From assembly GCA_014728035.1 (NCBI GenBank), contig WJMJ01000131.1, positions 96,001 to 160,000 on the forward strand: DNA of 64,000 bases, given 5' to 3'. The position numbers and the translations under genes were made by a program. Source of the DNA: Promethearchaeota archaeon. GTDB taxonomy: Archaea > Asgardarchaeota > Thorarchaeia > Thorarchaeales > Thorarchaeaceae. The stretch's first letter is position 1. Each line of letters begins with the position of its first letter. Positions 20,619 to 31,021 of this stretch are shown one piece after another. The notes under the pieces are model-generated. The model did not search any database and was not told the DNA's origin. It saw nothing but the letters and a program-made list of their open reading frames with translations.

Positions 20619-21176
20619 ATGGCTGAAGGAAATCTGATATTGGACGAGATTGTAAGAAGAAGGAGTGGAAGAGCATTCTCCTCAAGACCTATTGAAAGAG
20701 ACAAAGTTCACTCGATACTTGAAGCGGGTAGATGGGCCCCATCTTGTTCAAATACCCAAGCATGGCAATATATTGTCATACAAGAACATGAAGATCTTGC
20801 AAAAGCACATGATGCGCTAAGTAGAGGAAATGCATGGGGGAAAAATGCACCATTAATGGTCGTAGTAGCAGCAGCAGAAGATGGAGGATGTCCTGCACAT
20901 AATCTACCATATTTCATGATGGATGTTGGTCTAACGGTACAAAATATGCTAATACAAGCAGTGCATGTAGGTCTCATGGGACACCCTACAGCAGGATGGG
21001 ATGAGCACAAACTCAAAGAAATATTGGCGATTCCAGAATCCTATCGCATTGTTACCGTGGTTTTCTTTGGATATGAAGGCAACATCGAGGATCTAGATGA
21101 AAGAACAAGAGAAAAAGAAAAGAAAAGGTCTTCACGAAGACCCTTAGAGGAAATTGTACATTGGGAAAAATGGTGA
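20619..21176 (+). CDS. Nitroreductase family protein
   Basis: RRSGRAF, APSCSNTQAW and DVGL..QNML motifs. Confidence 0.9.
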   Translation: MAEGNLILDEIVRRRSGRAFSSRPIERDKVHSILEAGRWAPSCSNTQAWQYIVIQEHEDLAKAHDALSRGNAWGKNAPLMVVVAAAEDGGCPAHNLPYFMMDVGLTVQNMLIQAVHVGLMGHPTAGWDEHKLKEILAIPESYRIVTVVFFGYEGNIEDLDERTREKEKKRSSRRPLEEIVHWEKW

Positions 21177-21194
21177 TACCAGTATTGAAACGTA

Positions 21195-21362
21195 TTAGGC
21201 CTTAACAGCCATCTGCGCACCACAATGCTCTGGAACATCTTGATGTCCGCAAGCAGGGCCCATCCAGCATACAAGCTGATCACCCTCTTGGTGCATATCT
21301 TTTCCACAATGAACGGGAACATCTACTTCTTTTCCACATTTTTCGCATACTAATTTCGCCAT
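21195..21362 (-). CDS. 55-aa metal-binding microprotein with two C..CG....P.HCG..M repeats (desulforedoxin-like)
   Basis: Manual translation MAKLVCEKCGKEVDVPVHCGKDMHQEGDQLVCWMGPACGHQDVPEHCGAQMAVKA*. GAGGTGA RBS upstream. Below the ORF-track cutoff. Confidence 0.8.
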   Translation of the reverse strand: MAKLVCEKCGKEVDVPVHCGKDMHQEGDQLVCWMGPACGHQDVPEHCGAQMAVKA

Positions 21363-21451
21363 ATCATAATCACCTCAAGAGCGAACGGTTTATAACTATA
21401 GTTAATTCTGAGAGTATATTAATCTGACTCTCTGGTAGTGGTTACTAACAA

Positions 21452-22747
21452 TCATTCTGGCAGATATTTGTCAGCAGATTCACGATAGACCTTCTCTTCG
21501 GTCTTGTGAGCTCCTGGAGTATCCAACTCAACATCTCTATAATCAGATCTGTCCTGAGATAAGATACTACGGAATACTTCGTGTTGGATTATCATTCTCT
21601 GCACCTCATTACTACCCGTCCAAATTGTAGCAAGTCTAGCATCGCGATATAAGCGTTCTATAGGATAGACATCTGTATACCCGATACCACCCAAAATTTG
21701 CATTGCTTCGTGTACAGCCTTAAAGCCTGCTTCAGTTGCATACACCTTAGCTTGTGATACCTCTTTTCTGCACCATGCTCCCGTATCAGCTACTTTTGCG
21801 GCATGATATACAAGGCCACGAGCAGCATCAAGTTCAGTAACACAATCAGCAACTTTGAAACTAATGCCTTCGTATCTACGAATAGAATGTCCAAAGGCTT
21901 CACGCTTATCAGCATATCGAGCCGCTATTTCTATCGCTGCACGACCCATACCAATTGGCCCAGCTGCTGAAGTGAGTCTTTCTGGAACCATCATGGCATT
22001 GAATACATCCGCTCCCTCGTTCAGATTACCGATGATTCGAAACGGAGGAATCTCAATATTGGACATGACAATTCTTGCAGCACCCATCCCCCTACATCCC
22101 ATTAGTTCATATTCTTCTTCGACCTCCACTCCATCATCACGTTCGACTACAAATGCCGTAAGGGATTTGTGGGGTTTTGCATCAAAATCAGTTTTTGCAT
22201 AAATGAGAAAATAGTCTGCTCCAATTCCTCCGGCTACAAATCGTTTCTGGCCGTTTATGATATACGAATCACCATTTTTGATAGCAGTTGTATTTGTGCC
22301 GAAGAAATCAGATCCACCCCTAGGTTCTGTCAGTCCCTCACCACAAATCAACTCACCTTTTATAGTAGGAGCCAAGTATGTTTTCTTTTGTTCTTCAGTG
22401 CCAAATTTGTTAATACCTTCTCCAATTATACTTGGGAGAGAGTATGCACATCCGAGCGCTATACCAAGAACCCCTATCTCTTCGATCGCTAGCATTTCGG
22501 AAACCCATCCAAGACCACGTCCACCATAATCTTTTGGAAAACGGAGGCCTAGAATATTTGCCTTGCCAGCATCTCTAATGAATTCATAAGGATACTCTTT
22601 CTCTTTAGAGTCCATTTTTAGCAGTAAAGTTCGGTCTACATTATCGCGCACAAAAGTACGGATTTCATCACGTATCTGTTTCTCATCTTCAGAGAGCAAT
22701 ACTTCAAACATCTTTCTCATCCCACAAGACTTAGAATTATGCACCAC
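21452..22747 (-). CDS. Acyl-CoA dehydrogenase
   Basis: LTEPRGGSD, INGQKRF, REAFG and AMQILGGIGY...IERLYRDAR...IWTGSNEVQR motifs. The start may be at 22720 or 22711. Confidence 0.95.
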   Translation of the reverse strand: MVHNSKSCGMRKMFEVLLSEDEKQIRDEIRTFVRDNVDRTLLLKMDSKEKEYPYEFIRDAGKANILGLRFPKDYGGRGLGWVSEMLAIEEIGVLGIALGCAYSLPSIIGEGINKFGTEEQKKTYLAPTIKGELICGEGLTEPRGGSDFFGTNTTAIKNGDSYIINGQKRFVAGGIGADYFLIYAKTDFDAKPHKSLTAFVVERDDGVEVEEEYELMGCRGMGAARIVMSNIEIPPFRIIGNLNEGADVFNAMMVPERLTSAAGPIGMGRAAIEIAARYADKREAFGHSIRRYEGISFKVADCVTELDAARGLVYHAAKVADTGAWCRKEVSQAKVYATEAGFKAVHEAMQILGGIGYTDVYPIERLYRDARLATIWTGSNEVQRMIIQHEVFRSILSQDRSDYRDVELDTPGAHKTEEKVYRESADKYLPE

Positions 22748-23078
22748 GTAGTAAAGAATCTAGTGTCTCTGATGAGCCACTTTCTCGTTCTATATGAATT
22801 GCATTTCTTGGACAAACAACTTCACAAACAAGACAAAGAATGCAATCAGCATCTCGAACAGGGTCTACCACACGACCATGATCAGGAGAAAGCCATACTG
22901 AAAATACCTTTGTTGGGCATGCAGGAACACATTTCATACATCCATTGCAGGAGGCAAGATGTACTCCAGCCGTTTTGCCATGAATGCACTCTGAACCATC
23001 AGGGCTAACCCATACAGGATGCCCACTATGTTCGCCCGTACAGTTCCATCGTTTGCGGAATTCCTTGTCAATTGGCAC
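22737..23078 (-). CDS. 2[4Fe-4S] ferredoxin
   Basis: CNGCMKCVPACP and CILCLVCEVVCP. Confidence 0.9.
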   Translation of the reverse strand: MPIDKEFRKRWNCTGEHSGHPVWVSPDGSECIHGKTAGVHLASCNGCMKCVPACPTKVFSVWLSPDHGRVVDPVRDADCILCLVCEVVCPRNAIHIERESGSSETLDSLLRGA

Positions 23079-23124
23079 ATCAGGATAATGTGTTCCTGAA
23101 CTTATAGTCTATTTGGGAAAATAC

Positions 23125-23550
23125 TCAAAAGTCACCTAGACGATTTTCACCTTCTATCTGTTGGAGCGGAGTCAAATTAATGCTAGCCTCCAATGTCCCA
23201 AGATATGCTCCTTCACTGTCACGAATTGCAATGTACCGAATCAAAACTTTCCTTGGTTTATCACCAACAGGAAGGTCTATCCAGAAATCAATTTGGTCTC
23301 GTTCACCAGATTTAAGCTTCTTGAGTACTTTTTCTACCTTATCTAGACTATCGGATGGATGGCACATTCGAACATTTCGTCCAATCACACCAGGGCCTCT
23401 TTTAAATATCCGAGTGCCGTGTTTGTTCCAAAAGAGAACATCATCCTCTGCATCAATGACTGAAAATTCCACTGGAAGTACATCTAACATACTCGCCAAG
23501 AAATCAGTGTTCATTTCATCAAGTGCGTGGATAAGCGGTTTAATTGTCAT
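23125..23550 (-). CDS. Stand-alone PAS-domain protein (PAS_10-like)
   Basis: LPVEFSVID, IGRNVRMCHP and YLGTLE motifs. Confidence 0.8.
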   Translation of the reverse strand: MTIKPLIHALDEMNTDFLASMLDVLPVEFSVIDAEDDVLFWNKHGTRIFKRGPGVIGRNVRMCHPSDSLDKVEKVLKKLKSGERDQIDFWIDLPVGDKPRKVLIRYIAIRDSEGAYLGTLEASINLTPLQQIEGENRLGDF

Positions 23551-23578
23551 AGTATAATAAAGTGAAAACCATCACTTA

Positions 23579-23974
23579 TTGTTCTTTTCACTAATCAATC
23601 TTTTCAGATCAAGAGTATATTATTTGAGATATTGTAGATTCAATACGATTCTTCTCAAAGAAATAGCACCTTTTGCATCTATAACATATAGGAGTGTTTC
23701 ATATAATAAAAACACGATACCGTTGTCCTATAGATTAGATCCTAATCCTGATAAATTATCACGAGAAGATATTCTTTCATTAGTTTCATTTTGTCCTCTT
23801 TGTGGAAATAAATGGCCAAAGAAACAATACATTTGTTCAAATGGCCACTGTGGAGTAAAGGTACGCATTGAGCCCAAAGCCCATAACTGGTTTCTATTTT
23901 ATCCGAAGCATAATGGATGGGTGTATCTGGAAAGACGACTGCCAAGGATTTCGGAGGGAGAAAACAAGAGTTAG
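23579..23974 (+). CDS. Small hypothetical Zn-ribbon protein (true start probably further downstream)
   Basis: CPLC...CSNGHC. Confidence 0.45.
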   Translation: MFFSLINLFRSRVYYLRYCRFNTILLKEIAPFASITYRSVSYNKNTIPLSYRLDPNPDKLSREDILSLVSFCPLCGNKWPKKQYICSNGHCGVKVRIEPKAHNWFLFYPKHNGWVYLERRLPRISEGENKS

Positions 23975-24045
23975 TGAGAAGACTAATTACATGGATTTTA
24001 TACAATATCACAATCAATAGCATGGGATGTGCAAGGTGAAGATAA

Positions 24046-24534
24046 ATGACTGACGTTTTCATCCGATATCAAACAACAACAGGAATAGAAAAGACAGTCA
24101 AATTCGATACGGCAGAAACCAAAATCAATTTAGACCTTCGGGATATCCAGTCAATTGACCTTTTACCACTTATTTGGTGTACAAGTTTGCAGGACTTGAG
24201 CCTTAGAAATAACCAAATTGTTCATCTTGACCTGACACCATTAGCAAAATGCAAAAGCCTCATCTGTTTAGCTCTGAATAATAACAAAATAGAATCCATT
24301 GATTTTAGCCCATTGTCAAGTTGTAAGAAGCTTGAGGAGATTTTCCTAAAAAAGAACAATCTCTCACGCATAGATATATCGCCACTCTTTCAGTGCAGTA
24401 ACCTTCAGACATTTGAAATCGACGAGTCAGTTTCAATGACAGCAAATATGCTACTAAGATCAATCGGAAATTGGCCATCAGTACTAGTACAACAATATGG
24501 GAAGATACTCTGGAAAGTTCCACGAAAAAGCTGA
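24046..24534 (+). CDS. Leucine-rich repeat protein
   Basis: Repeated LxxLxLxxNxIxxIDLxPL units. Confidence 0.9.
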   Translation: MTDVFIRYQTTTGIEKTVKFDTAETKINLDLRDIQSIDLLPLIWCTSLQDLSLRNNQIVHLDLTPLAKCKSLICLALNNNKIESIDFSPLSSCKKLEEIFLKKNNLSRIDISPLFQCSNLQTFEIDESVSMTANMLLRSIGNWPSVLVQQYGKILWKVPRKS

Positions 24535-24539
24535 TGGTA

Positions 24540-25574
24540 TCAAAATATTGGAAGTATAACTAAGAATGCGAATACCATCAGACCAAAAATAGCTGATATA
24601 GGTACGGTAATAATCCAAGATATAACGATAGAACGAATCTGATCTTTTTTGATTGGTGTCTGCGAAATCCATCCCACAGCTATCAATGCGGCAACGAGAA
24701 CATGAGTACCACTTAGCGGCAATCCAAAATACGTCCCGACAAACATAACCATCGAAACGGAAACACTTGCAGATAATGCAGAAGAGGGGGAGAGCGTAAC
24801 TACTTCTGTAGAGAGTGTTTTGATAACCTTTCGGCCAACTACTACTAACCCGAAAGCCATTCCAACTCCTCCAACTAAGAGAGGAATCACAATACCTGGA
24901 AACACAAATGGGCCAAAGAAGACAGGCTCTTGAAAATCAGGTAGAGCAGTTAAGGGAGCTACTGCATTAGCAACATCATTCCCACCTCTACTTAGTGAGG
25001 TGATAATCAAGAAGACTGCAAGACCATAAGCAGCCAGTTCTTCTTGACGCTCACGCTGTGCCAGACCTGGCGCTCTAGATTGGATTCGCCGAACTCCTTT
25101 GAATACCACTGCAGCAATGCCAAAACCAACAACGGGAGAAATGACCCATCCAGCAAGAATCTCGACAATCACATTCCAAGAAATTATCTCCATGCCCCAA
25201 CCAGTCAACCCAAAAAACGGAGCGGATGCAGCCACACCAATAACTGAGCCGACTATACATTGTGTTGTGCTAATCGGAAGTCCTTTTGTTATAGAAGCAA
25301 GTAGAAGCCAAATTGCCATTGAGATAAGAACTGCAAACATCATTGTAGTCGTTAATTGTTGACCACTAATCAAATCAGACCCTACTTTCTCAGAGACCCC
25401 ACCACCAAGTGATAAAGCTCCGATAATATTGATGACCGCACCTATTGCAACAGCTGTGGTTACTGAAAAAACCTTAGCCCCAACAGCGGGACTCATTGTT
25501 TCATCATTGCTTCCAATCGCAAAAGCCACAATAAAGCCAATGACCAGTAATAGAAGAAGAATGACTAAATCCAC
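24540..25574 (-). CDS. PiT-family inorganic phosphate transporter
   Basis: GSNDET, GGNDVANAVAP, GLPISTTQ and GLPLSGTH motifs. Confidence 0.9.
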   Translation of the reverse strand: MDLVILLLLLVIGFIVAFAIGSNDETMSPAVGAKVFSVTTAVAIGAVINIIGALSLGGGVSEKVGSDLISGQQLTTTMMFAVLISMAIWLLLASITKGLPISTTQCIVGSVIGVAASAPFFGLTGWGMEIISWNVIVEILAGWVISPVVGFGIAAVVFKGVRRIQSRAPGLAQRERQEELAAYGLAVFLIITSLSRGGNDVANAVAPLTALPDFQEPVFFGPFVFPGIVIPLLVGGVGMAFGLVVVGRKVIKTLSTEVVTLSPSSALSASVSVSMVMFVGTYFGLPLSGTHVLVAALIAVGWISQTPIKKDQIRSIVISWIITVPISAIFGLMVFAFLVILPIF

Positions 25575-25598
25575 TAGAATGTCACACTCTTATCTTTT

Positions 25599-26267
25599 CT
25601 AGGAATATTTGGTAGCTAATGCACGAATGTAATCAGCAGTTGCTTCTGTGCGTTCCGCAACCAGTAATATTCTATGAGACATTCCATGAAACAGAAGTAG
25701 ATTAGGAGCTTCGTGGTTTTGTTCAGTAAGAAGTGCTCCCAACAGATCGAATTGTATGTCCCGTGCCTCTTCTCTTACATCTTCAACTTTATGACAGAAC
25801 TCAACCGATTTAGAGAAATTGGTGAAAAGGAACTTGACTGCGTCTTGAAGTAAATCAGTACAATTCCAACATTTCTCAGCAATTTTGACAATTGCTTCAG
25901 GAGGTTTAGACTTTCGACCAATCGCCATCATTCTTACAGCTTCTTCAGCAGCATCGACAATATCATCCATCATCTCGACAAGTTTGTGGCGTTCTTGGGT
26001 CTGTTGAGGGAGATAGGCATGTTTGGGAAAGATGGATTCGACTAGCTCGTCCTTCAGTTCGTCCGCATGTCTTTCTATTGTGATTATCTCTTCTTCTCGA
26101 GCTAATAGAGTTTCTAGATCTCCATCGAACCAAGCCTGTGCACTCTGGTGTAATTTGGCACTAGCAGCTTGAAGGGCTTTGCTAATTTTTAGCATTAATT
26201 CATCTGCTTGTCTTCTTAATTCCTTATCGCCGCCACGGAATATTTTGGAAAACGCCATGATAACCAC
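25599..26267 (-). CDS. DUF47/PhoU-like phosphate transport regulator
   Basis: IERHADELKD...MDDIVDAAEEA, adjacent to the PiT gene. Confidence 0.85.
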   Translation of the reverse strand: MVIMAFSKIFRGGDKELRRQADELMLKISKALQAASAKLHQSAQAWFDGDLETLLAREEEIITIERHADELKDELVESIFPKHAYLPQQTQERHKLVEMMDDIVDAAEEAVRMMAIGRKSKPPEAIVKIAEKCWNCTDLLQDAVKFLFTNFSKSVEFCHKVEDVREEARDIQFDLLGALLTEQNHEAPNLLLFHGMSHRILLVAERTEATADYIRALATKYS

Positions 26268-26320
26268 AATGTAACACGATTATTGGTATCCTCACTTATA
26301 ATCTTCATCCAAGCATAGTT

Positions 26321-27319
26321 CTATAGTTCAACTGCACCAATAGAATCCATATCACCAACGACTTCAAGTCCAGCATTTGTTCCTGTGCCTTCAAATAGCA
26401 GCTTGCGGCTGGTTTTTGTGAGCTCATAAAATCGAATACTAATCTTAGAAGTAAGACTCTCAATAATTCGTCCGGACATCGAGCCTTGGACTGGAGACCT
26501 AAGTGTTGCACCATCAGCACGTGAGGCATCAACCATAATAGCATATTTTTTATCACGTACTTGAAATCTAACGTTTTTTTCTGATACACGAATTTGAGAT
26601 ATCCGAGCCCCAGTGTAAGTTGTGAATCGGTATATTGTATTATCATAGAGAAGTCCAATTAGAAATCCAGGAAATTGAGAGCCAAACCAAGGAATCGTAG
26701 CAATTGATGATGAAAATGAAACTCTAGGTTCTTGAAAATGATTAGATTGCATCCAGATCCAAGAGCTAGGGAAACCTTGACCCCAGTCCTTCTCTAAATA
26801 TCCACGACCATCAGTGAAATCAATCTTGCTTCCATTGATCGTCAGAACTCCTTCTATGGAATGATCGAAGCTAAGTATACCATGAAGGCATTGTAATCCA
26901 GGAACAAAACGAAATATTCCCATAGCCCCTGGAGAAAATGTTGTTACAGGCCAAGGAATAATGTTTTTGAAAATCAGGCTCCCTTCAACATGTTGGTCAT
27001 CATTTCTGATTGCTAGTTTGATTCCATTTAGTGAAAATCTGCTATTCTCAACTTGGATGTCAAAAGAATGCTTAGCACTTGAGAAAGAATCTAGTGGGTA
27101 GCGATGGTAAGTAGCAGAGGCATCATTTCCAGTCAACACCTGGATAAAAGAATGTCGTGAGCCATCAAGCCCTCCAAAACTCACACCAGGAATAATGGCA
27201 TACGAGTGCTTCCGGGATTTATCAACTATTTTGAAATACCATCCCTCAAAGTAACCATTCATTTCCTTTTTCCCCTGATACATCTCAGGTTTCCAATAGG
27301 TACGCAAAGCATGAAACAT
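26321..27319 (-). CDS. Tocopherol cyclase family protein
   Basis: YFEGWYFK, HGILSFDH and GRGYLEKDWGQGFPSSWIWMQ motifs. Confidence 0.85.
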   Translation of the reverse strand: MFHALRTYWKPEMYQGKKEMNGYFEGWYFKIVDKSRKHSYAIIPGVSFGGLDGSRHSFIQVLTGNDASATYHRYPLDSFSSAKHSFDIQVENSRFSLNGIKLAIRNDDQHVEGSLIFKNIIPWPVTTFSPGAMGIFRFVPGLQCLHGILSFDHSIEGVLTINGSKIDFTDGRGYLEKDWGQGFPSSWIWMQSNHFQEPRVSFSSSIATIPWFGSQFPGFLIGLLYDNTIYRFTTYTGARISQIRVSEKNVRFQVRDKKYAIMVDASRADGATLRSPVQGSMSGRIIESLTSKISIRFYELTKTSRKLLFEGTGTNAGLEVVGDMDSIGAVEL

Positions 27320-27427
27320 TTAACCACCAGTTAGTCAATAAATAAGGACTAGATGCATATCTATCATTAGGTCATGCCGAATTCTTCATAGGTAACCTCA
27401 CAGAATCCTATACGAAGAGGTATTAAC

Positions 27428-28243
27428 TTGAAAACAGGTCTGAAAGGTAAGCATGCTGTAATCACGGGTGCAGCAAGTGGAATAGGTTTTGAAACTACCA
27501 AAAGACTCCTTGCAGAGGGGGTCAATATCACAGGAACATACCATAGTTCCAAGAAAGGATTAGAAGAGTTAATCGAACATTGGCAGGATCATCTTCAAAT
27601 AATCCAAGCTGACGTCAGAGATGAAGCAAGTGTACAAAATCTGTTTCGCCTAGCAAACAAAGCATTTGGAAGAGTTGATATTTCCATCGCAAATGCAGGT
27701 ATTGCCAATCACGAAGGAGTAGCAATTCAAGATATGACTCTTGAGCAATGGGATAGAATAATTTCTGTAAATCTGACTGGCGTGTTTCTTACTGCAAAGT
27801 ACTTCTTCAAAAACCTAGAAACATATCCTGAGGAACAAGCATCGCTTATACTTATCGGATCAACTGCTGGTATCTTTGGTGAAGCTTGGTATTGTGATTA
27901 CGCATCAACAAAAGCAGGTCTCAAAGGTCTCATGCTAAGTCTGAAGAACGAGATAGTCCATCTTGCAAGAAAAGGGAGAGTGAATATTGTGAACCCAGGT
28001 TGGACTGTCACACCAATGGCAGAAGAAGCTCTAACCGAAGAAGAAAGTGTAACCCGAATCCTTCAGACCCTCCCTATGAGGAAAGTTGCATTACCAAAAG
28101 ATATAGCGAACGCAATTCTGTACTTGGCTTCAGATGAATTAGCAGGTCATGTGAGTGGACAGTCCATAACAGTAGCAGGAGGTATGGAAGGTCGTCTACT
28201 ATTTGTCCCGTCAGACATAGATCCATCACGCGCAAGAGGTTAG
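27428..28243 (+). CDS. Short-chain dehydrogenase/reductase
   Basis: TGAASGIG, ANAG, YASTK and NPG motifs. Confidence 0.92.
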   Translation: MKTGLKGKHAVITGAASGIGFETTKRLLAEGVNITGTYHSSKKGLEELIEHWQDHLQIIQADVRDEASVQNLFRLANKAFGRVDISIANAGIANHEGVAIQDMTLEQWDRIISVNLTGVFLTAKYFFKNLETYPEEQASLILIGSTAGIFGEAWYCDYASTKAGLKGLMLSLKNEIVHLARKGRVNIVNPGWTVTPMAEEALTEEESVTRILQTLPMRKVALPKDIANAILYLASDELAGHVSGQSITVAGGMEGRLLFVPSDIDPSRARG

Positions 28244-28247
28244 ATTC

Positions 28248-29003
28248 TTGAGTTTTGATGAAATTGCTATAGCATATGACAATGCAATAAACTGGGAGAG
28301 CAGACTAGATAGAGAGATTCCATTCATCATCAAATCACTCAAAGATGAAGAGGCGGCAAAAATCCTAGACATAGCATGCGGATCTGGGCGTCATGCAATA
28401 GAACTTGCATCCAGAGGTGCATATGTGATTGCATTTGACAACAGCAGCTCTATGATACAACAAGCAAAGAATTTTGCAGACTCGGCAAACTCAAGTCCAC
28501 GTTTTCTCATTTTGGAGATGCTTGAGATGGAAAAGGAGGTCTCTGAATCCTTCGACCTAGCTTTGTGTCTAGGAAATTCTTTAGCTCTACTAAATGATTG
28601 GAATGAAGTAGAACATGTAATTCGAACGGTTCGAAACCTGCTAAACCAAGAGGGAAAATTCATATTTCAAACTCTCAACTTCACAGAGATAATTAAAAAC
28701 GATTTTCGACTCTTTCCACTGAAAAGAGGATATACACCTAGTGGAAAAGAAATTGTTTTTGGCAGATTCTTTGACCACGATACAAATAGCCAACAGACTC
28801 ATCTGATTATGTCATCTTTTGTTAAAACTGGTAAAGAGTGGACAGTAACTTCCTCCAAACAAAAGATTCTAAGAATACAGAAGGAGAATATCGAAGAAAT
28901 ATTACTAAGAGCAGGATTCAATCAAGTAGAATTCTACTCTGATTATAACAAATCCTCTTTTGTACCTACAACTAGTCGAAGTATGATTGTACGAGCTCAA
29001 TAA
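28248..29003 (+). CDS. Class I SAM-dependent methyltransferase
   Basis: ILDIACGSGRHA and FDLALCLGNS motifs. Confidence 0.9.
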   Translation: MSFDEIAIAYDNAINWESRLDREIPFIIKSLKDEEAAKILDIACGSGRHAIELASRGAYVIAFDNSSSMIQQAKNFADSANSSPRFLILEMLEMEKEVSESFDLALCLGNSLALLNDWNEVEHVIRTVRNLLNQEGKFIFQTLNFTEIIKNDFRLFPLKRGYTPSGKEIVFGRFFDHDTNSQQTHLIMSSFVKTGKEWTVTSSKQKILRIQKENIEEILLRAGFNQVEFYSDYNKSSFVPTTSRSMIVRAQ

Positions 29004-29010
29004 TTGGTAT

Positions 29011-29943
29011 TCAATCATTATTTGATTGAGTCTTGACAACAATAGCGATAATAATTGTAACCCCAACACCAACAGCTAGAATTCGAGTAGAATCAAATAA
29101 TGAAGGAGGTGAAGTAGGAGTGGGACTGGTCGGAGTAGTTGTAATGGAAGATATTTCAATCAATCCAATTGTCGGATCGTATGTGAGAGTTTCATTGAAA
29201 TAGGGGAAACAGAAGTAGATTTGTTCACCATTGTTTTGTGGATTCGCACCATTTACACTCGCAGTTACTCCGACTGTCTGAGAGCTGACCTCAGCAGTAG
29301 AGGGGTAAGATAGATATCCATTATCAAAGGAAACATTTCCTGCACCAGTAGCAACTGTGGGTCTATTCAACTGGCCGCTAGAATGCTGACCAATACTAAT
29401 CACTATTCCAACTGCAAGACTATTGTTGGTATTATGCCAATTCCATCCAGAGAGAATTACATCAAATTTCAAAGATGCATTTTTTGAGACTTCAATGTGA
29501 TTTACCAATACTATCTGAAGACTGGGTTGTTGCGGCCCGAAACTTCCCGGAGAACTGGCAAGTTCAAAGTCTAATTGAACCACCTCACCAGATTCTTCTT
29601 GAGTTACAAAGTTACTAAAAGTCCAAGTTCCAGACTGGAGTGCTATAACCGAACCAACAACTACATCACTGTCATGGGTATAACCACCATCGCTATTGGT
29701 ATCGGTATATTCAAACATTCTTACGAAGAGAACATGATAATCAGTCGTGTTCTCAACTATATCATAGAATCTATAATGTGGTGATTGGGAACCCATAAGA
29801 AAAAGACCAAACGATCCATTGCGTACATCAAGTCCAGTTGCATCTAATGTATAATCAATACCAAATGGAGAAGCAGCTGCCCAAGAGAGAGAAACCAGTA
29901 AGGTCAATACCGCAATAGTACACACTGATATAGGTCTGGACAT
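29011..29943 (-). CDS. Secreted membrane-anchored protein (paralog of 31022-31969)
   Basis: Signal peptide, PHYRFY..DYHVLF..MFE..D, KFDV..SGW.W, YDPTIG, Thr/Pro linker and C-terminal TM. Confidence 0.75.
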   Translation of the reverse strand: MSRPISVCTIAVLTLLVSLSWAAASPFGIDYTLDATGLDVRNGSFGLFLMGSQSPHYRFYDIVENTTDYHVLFVRMFEYTDTNSDGGYTHDSDVVVGSVIALQSGTWTFSNFVTQEESGEVVQLDFELASSPGSFGPQQPSLQIVLVNHIEVSKNASLKFDVILSGWNWHNTNNSLAVGIVISIGQHSSGQLNRPTVATGAGNVSFDNGYLSYPSTAEVSSQTVGVTASVNGANPQNNGEQIYFCFPYFNETLTYDPTIGLIEISSITTTPTSPTPTSPPSLFDSTRILAVGVGVTIIIAIVVKTQSNND

Positions 29944-30008
29944 AGCTATACACAATTCAATATTGCACAAATGCATATAATAAGACTGCTTCCTGCGTTC
30001 ATTAGGAG

Positions 30009-30857
30009 TTGAATTCACTGGATCAAGATACCATAATGGACAAGATGTTCAATGCGCTTGCTCATAAAATCAGACGGAAAATAATCGTCATGGTTGGTAA
30101 TCAGGGCTCCGTCACCTATACGGATCTTACGAAACTAGGTCTTGAACCAGGCACTCTCTATCACCATCTTGATATCCTTGTAAAATCCGAAGCTGCTATT
30201 CTCATACAGGGAAAGAACAAGCAATACTCTCTTACTGATCTAGGAGAAGCAGCTCTTAGTGTTATTTCACAGGGAGAAGACCAAACATCTTGGACCATAA
30301 GAGAACATAATACTTCTGGAACAATTCCTAAAAAGATAGCAGATTATGTTGGGATGAAGCCTTTGACCATTCGGATACAAAGAGACCCTTGGAGATTTGT
30401 TATTGAGGTGATTCTCTTCCTAAGTGTATATGGGTATCTTGCATCTGAAGTGGCACTTCTGCCTTTTCTATTGTTCTTTCTTGAGGGGACTTTTATTTCA
30501 GGGATAACAATCATAGCAGCACTAGCTTCATGGATAATCACATATCTGCTTGTAGAAATTCTTTCGATGATAATCCTGAAGAAACGAGAGCCATCTCGCG
30601 GGTTATTTATGGCAATACCACTTGCATTTGTTCCTCATTTCTTGATAGAACTGTTATGGTACATTGCACCTGCAAGCGCACCATTCACAGGTTGGCCTCT
30701 CACAATTGTTCTAACAGGAATAATTTCATGGAGTACGTATATACTCACAGTGGCAGTAGCGAGAGCAAAAAAGGTGAGACTATCACGAGCAGCAATGATT
30801 ACACTAATTATTACAAACCTTAACCTGTTTCTTTTGGCACTAATTACGGGATTCTAA
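30009..30857 (+). CDS. ArsR-like wHTH fused to a multi-TM domain (membrane-bound regulator)
   Basis: FNALAHKIRRKII...GTLYHHL...YSLTDLG, followed by about 5 TM helices. Confidence 0.8.
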   Translation: MNSLDQDTIMDKMFNALAHKIRRKIIVMVGNQGSVTYTDLTKLGLEPGTLYHHLDILVKSEAAILIQGKNKQYSLTDLGEAALSVISQGEDQTSWTIREHNTSGTIPKKIADYVGMKPLTIRIQRDPWRFVIEVILFLSVYGYLASEVALLPFLLFFLEGTFISGITIIAALASWIITYLLVEILSMIILKKREPSRGLFMAIPLAFVPHFLIELLWYIAPASAPFTGWPLTIVLTGIISWSTYILTVAVARAKKVRLSRAAMITLIITNLNLFLLALITGF

Positions 30858-31021
30858 CAATCAAAGTAGTAAATAGTCAAAGTGGTACTACATCTGAAGA
30901 ATGATGCGGTCGCTAAGAGAAATCGAAGTCAGTTCGGTAAATCCCGAAGTGGTATTTCCACAAACGCGGAATAGAACTATTATATATCCATTTGAGTAAA
31001 CCATTCATGGTGTACAACCTT

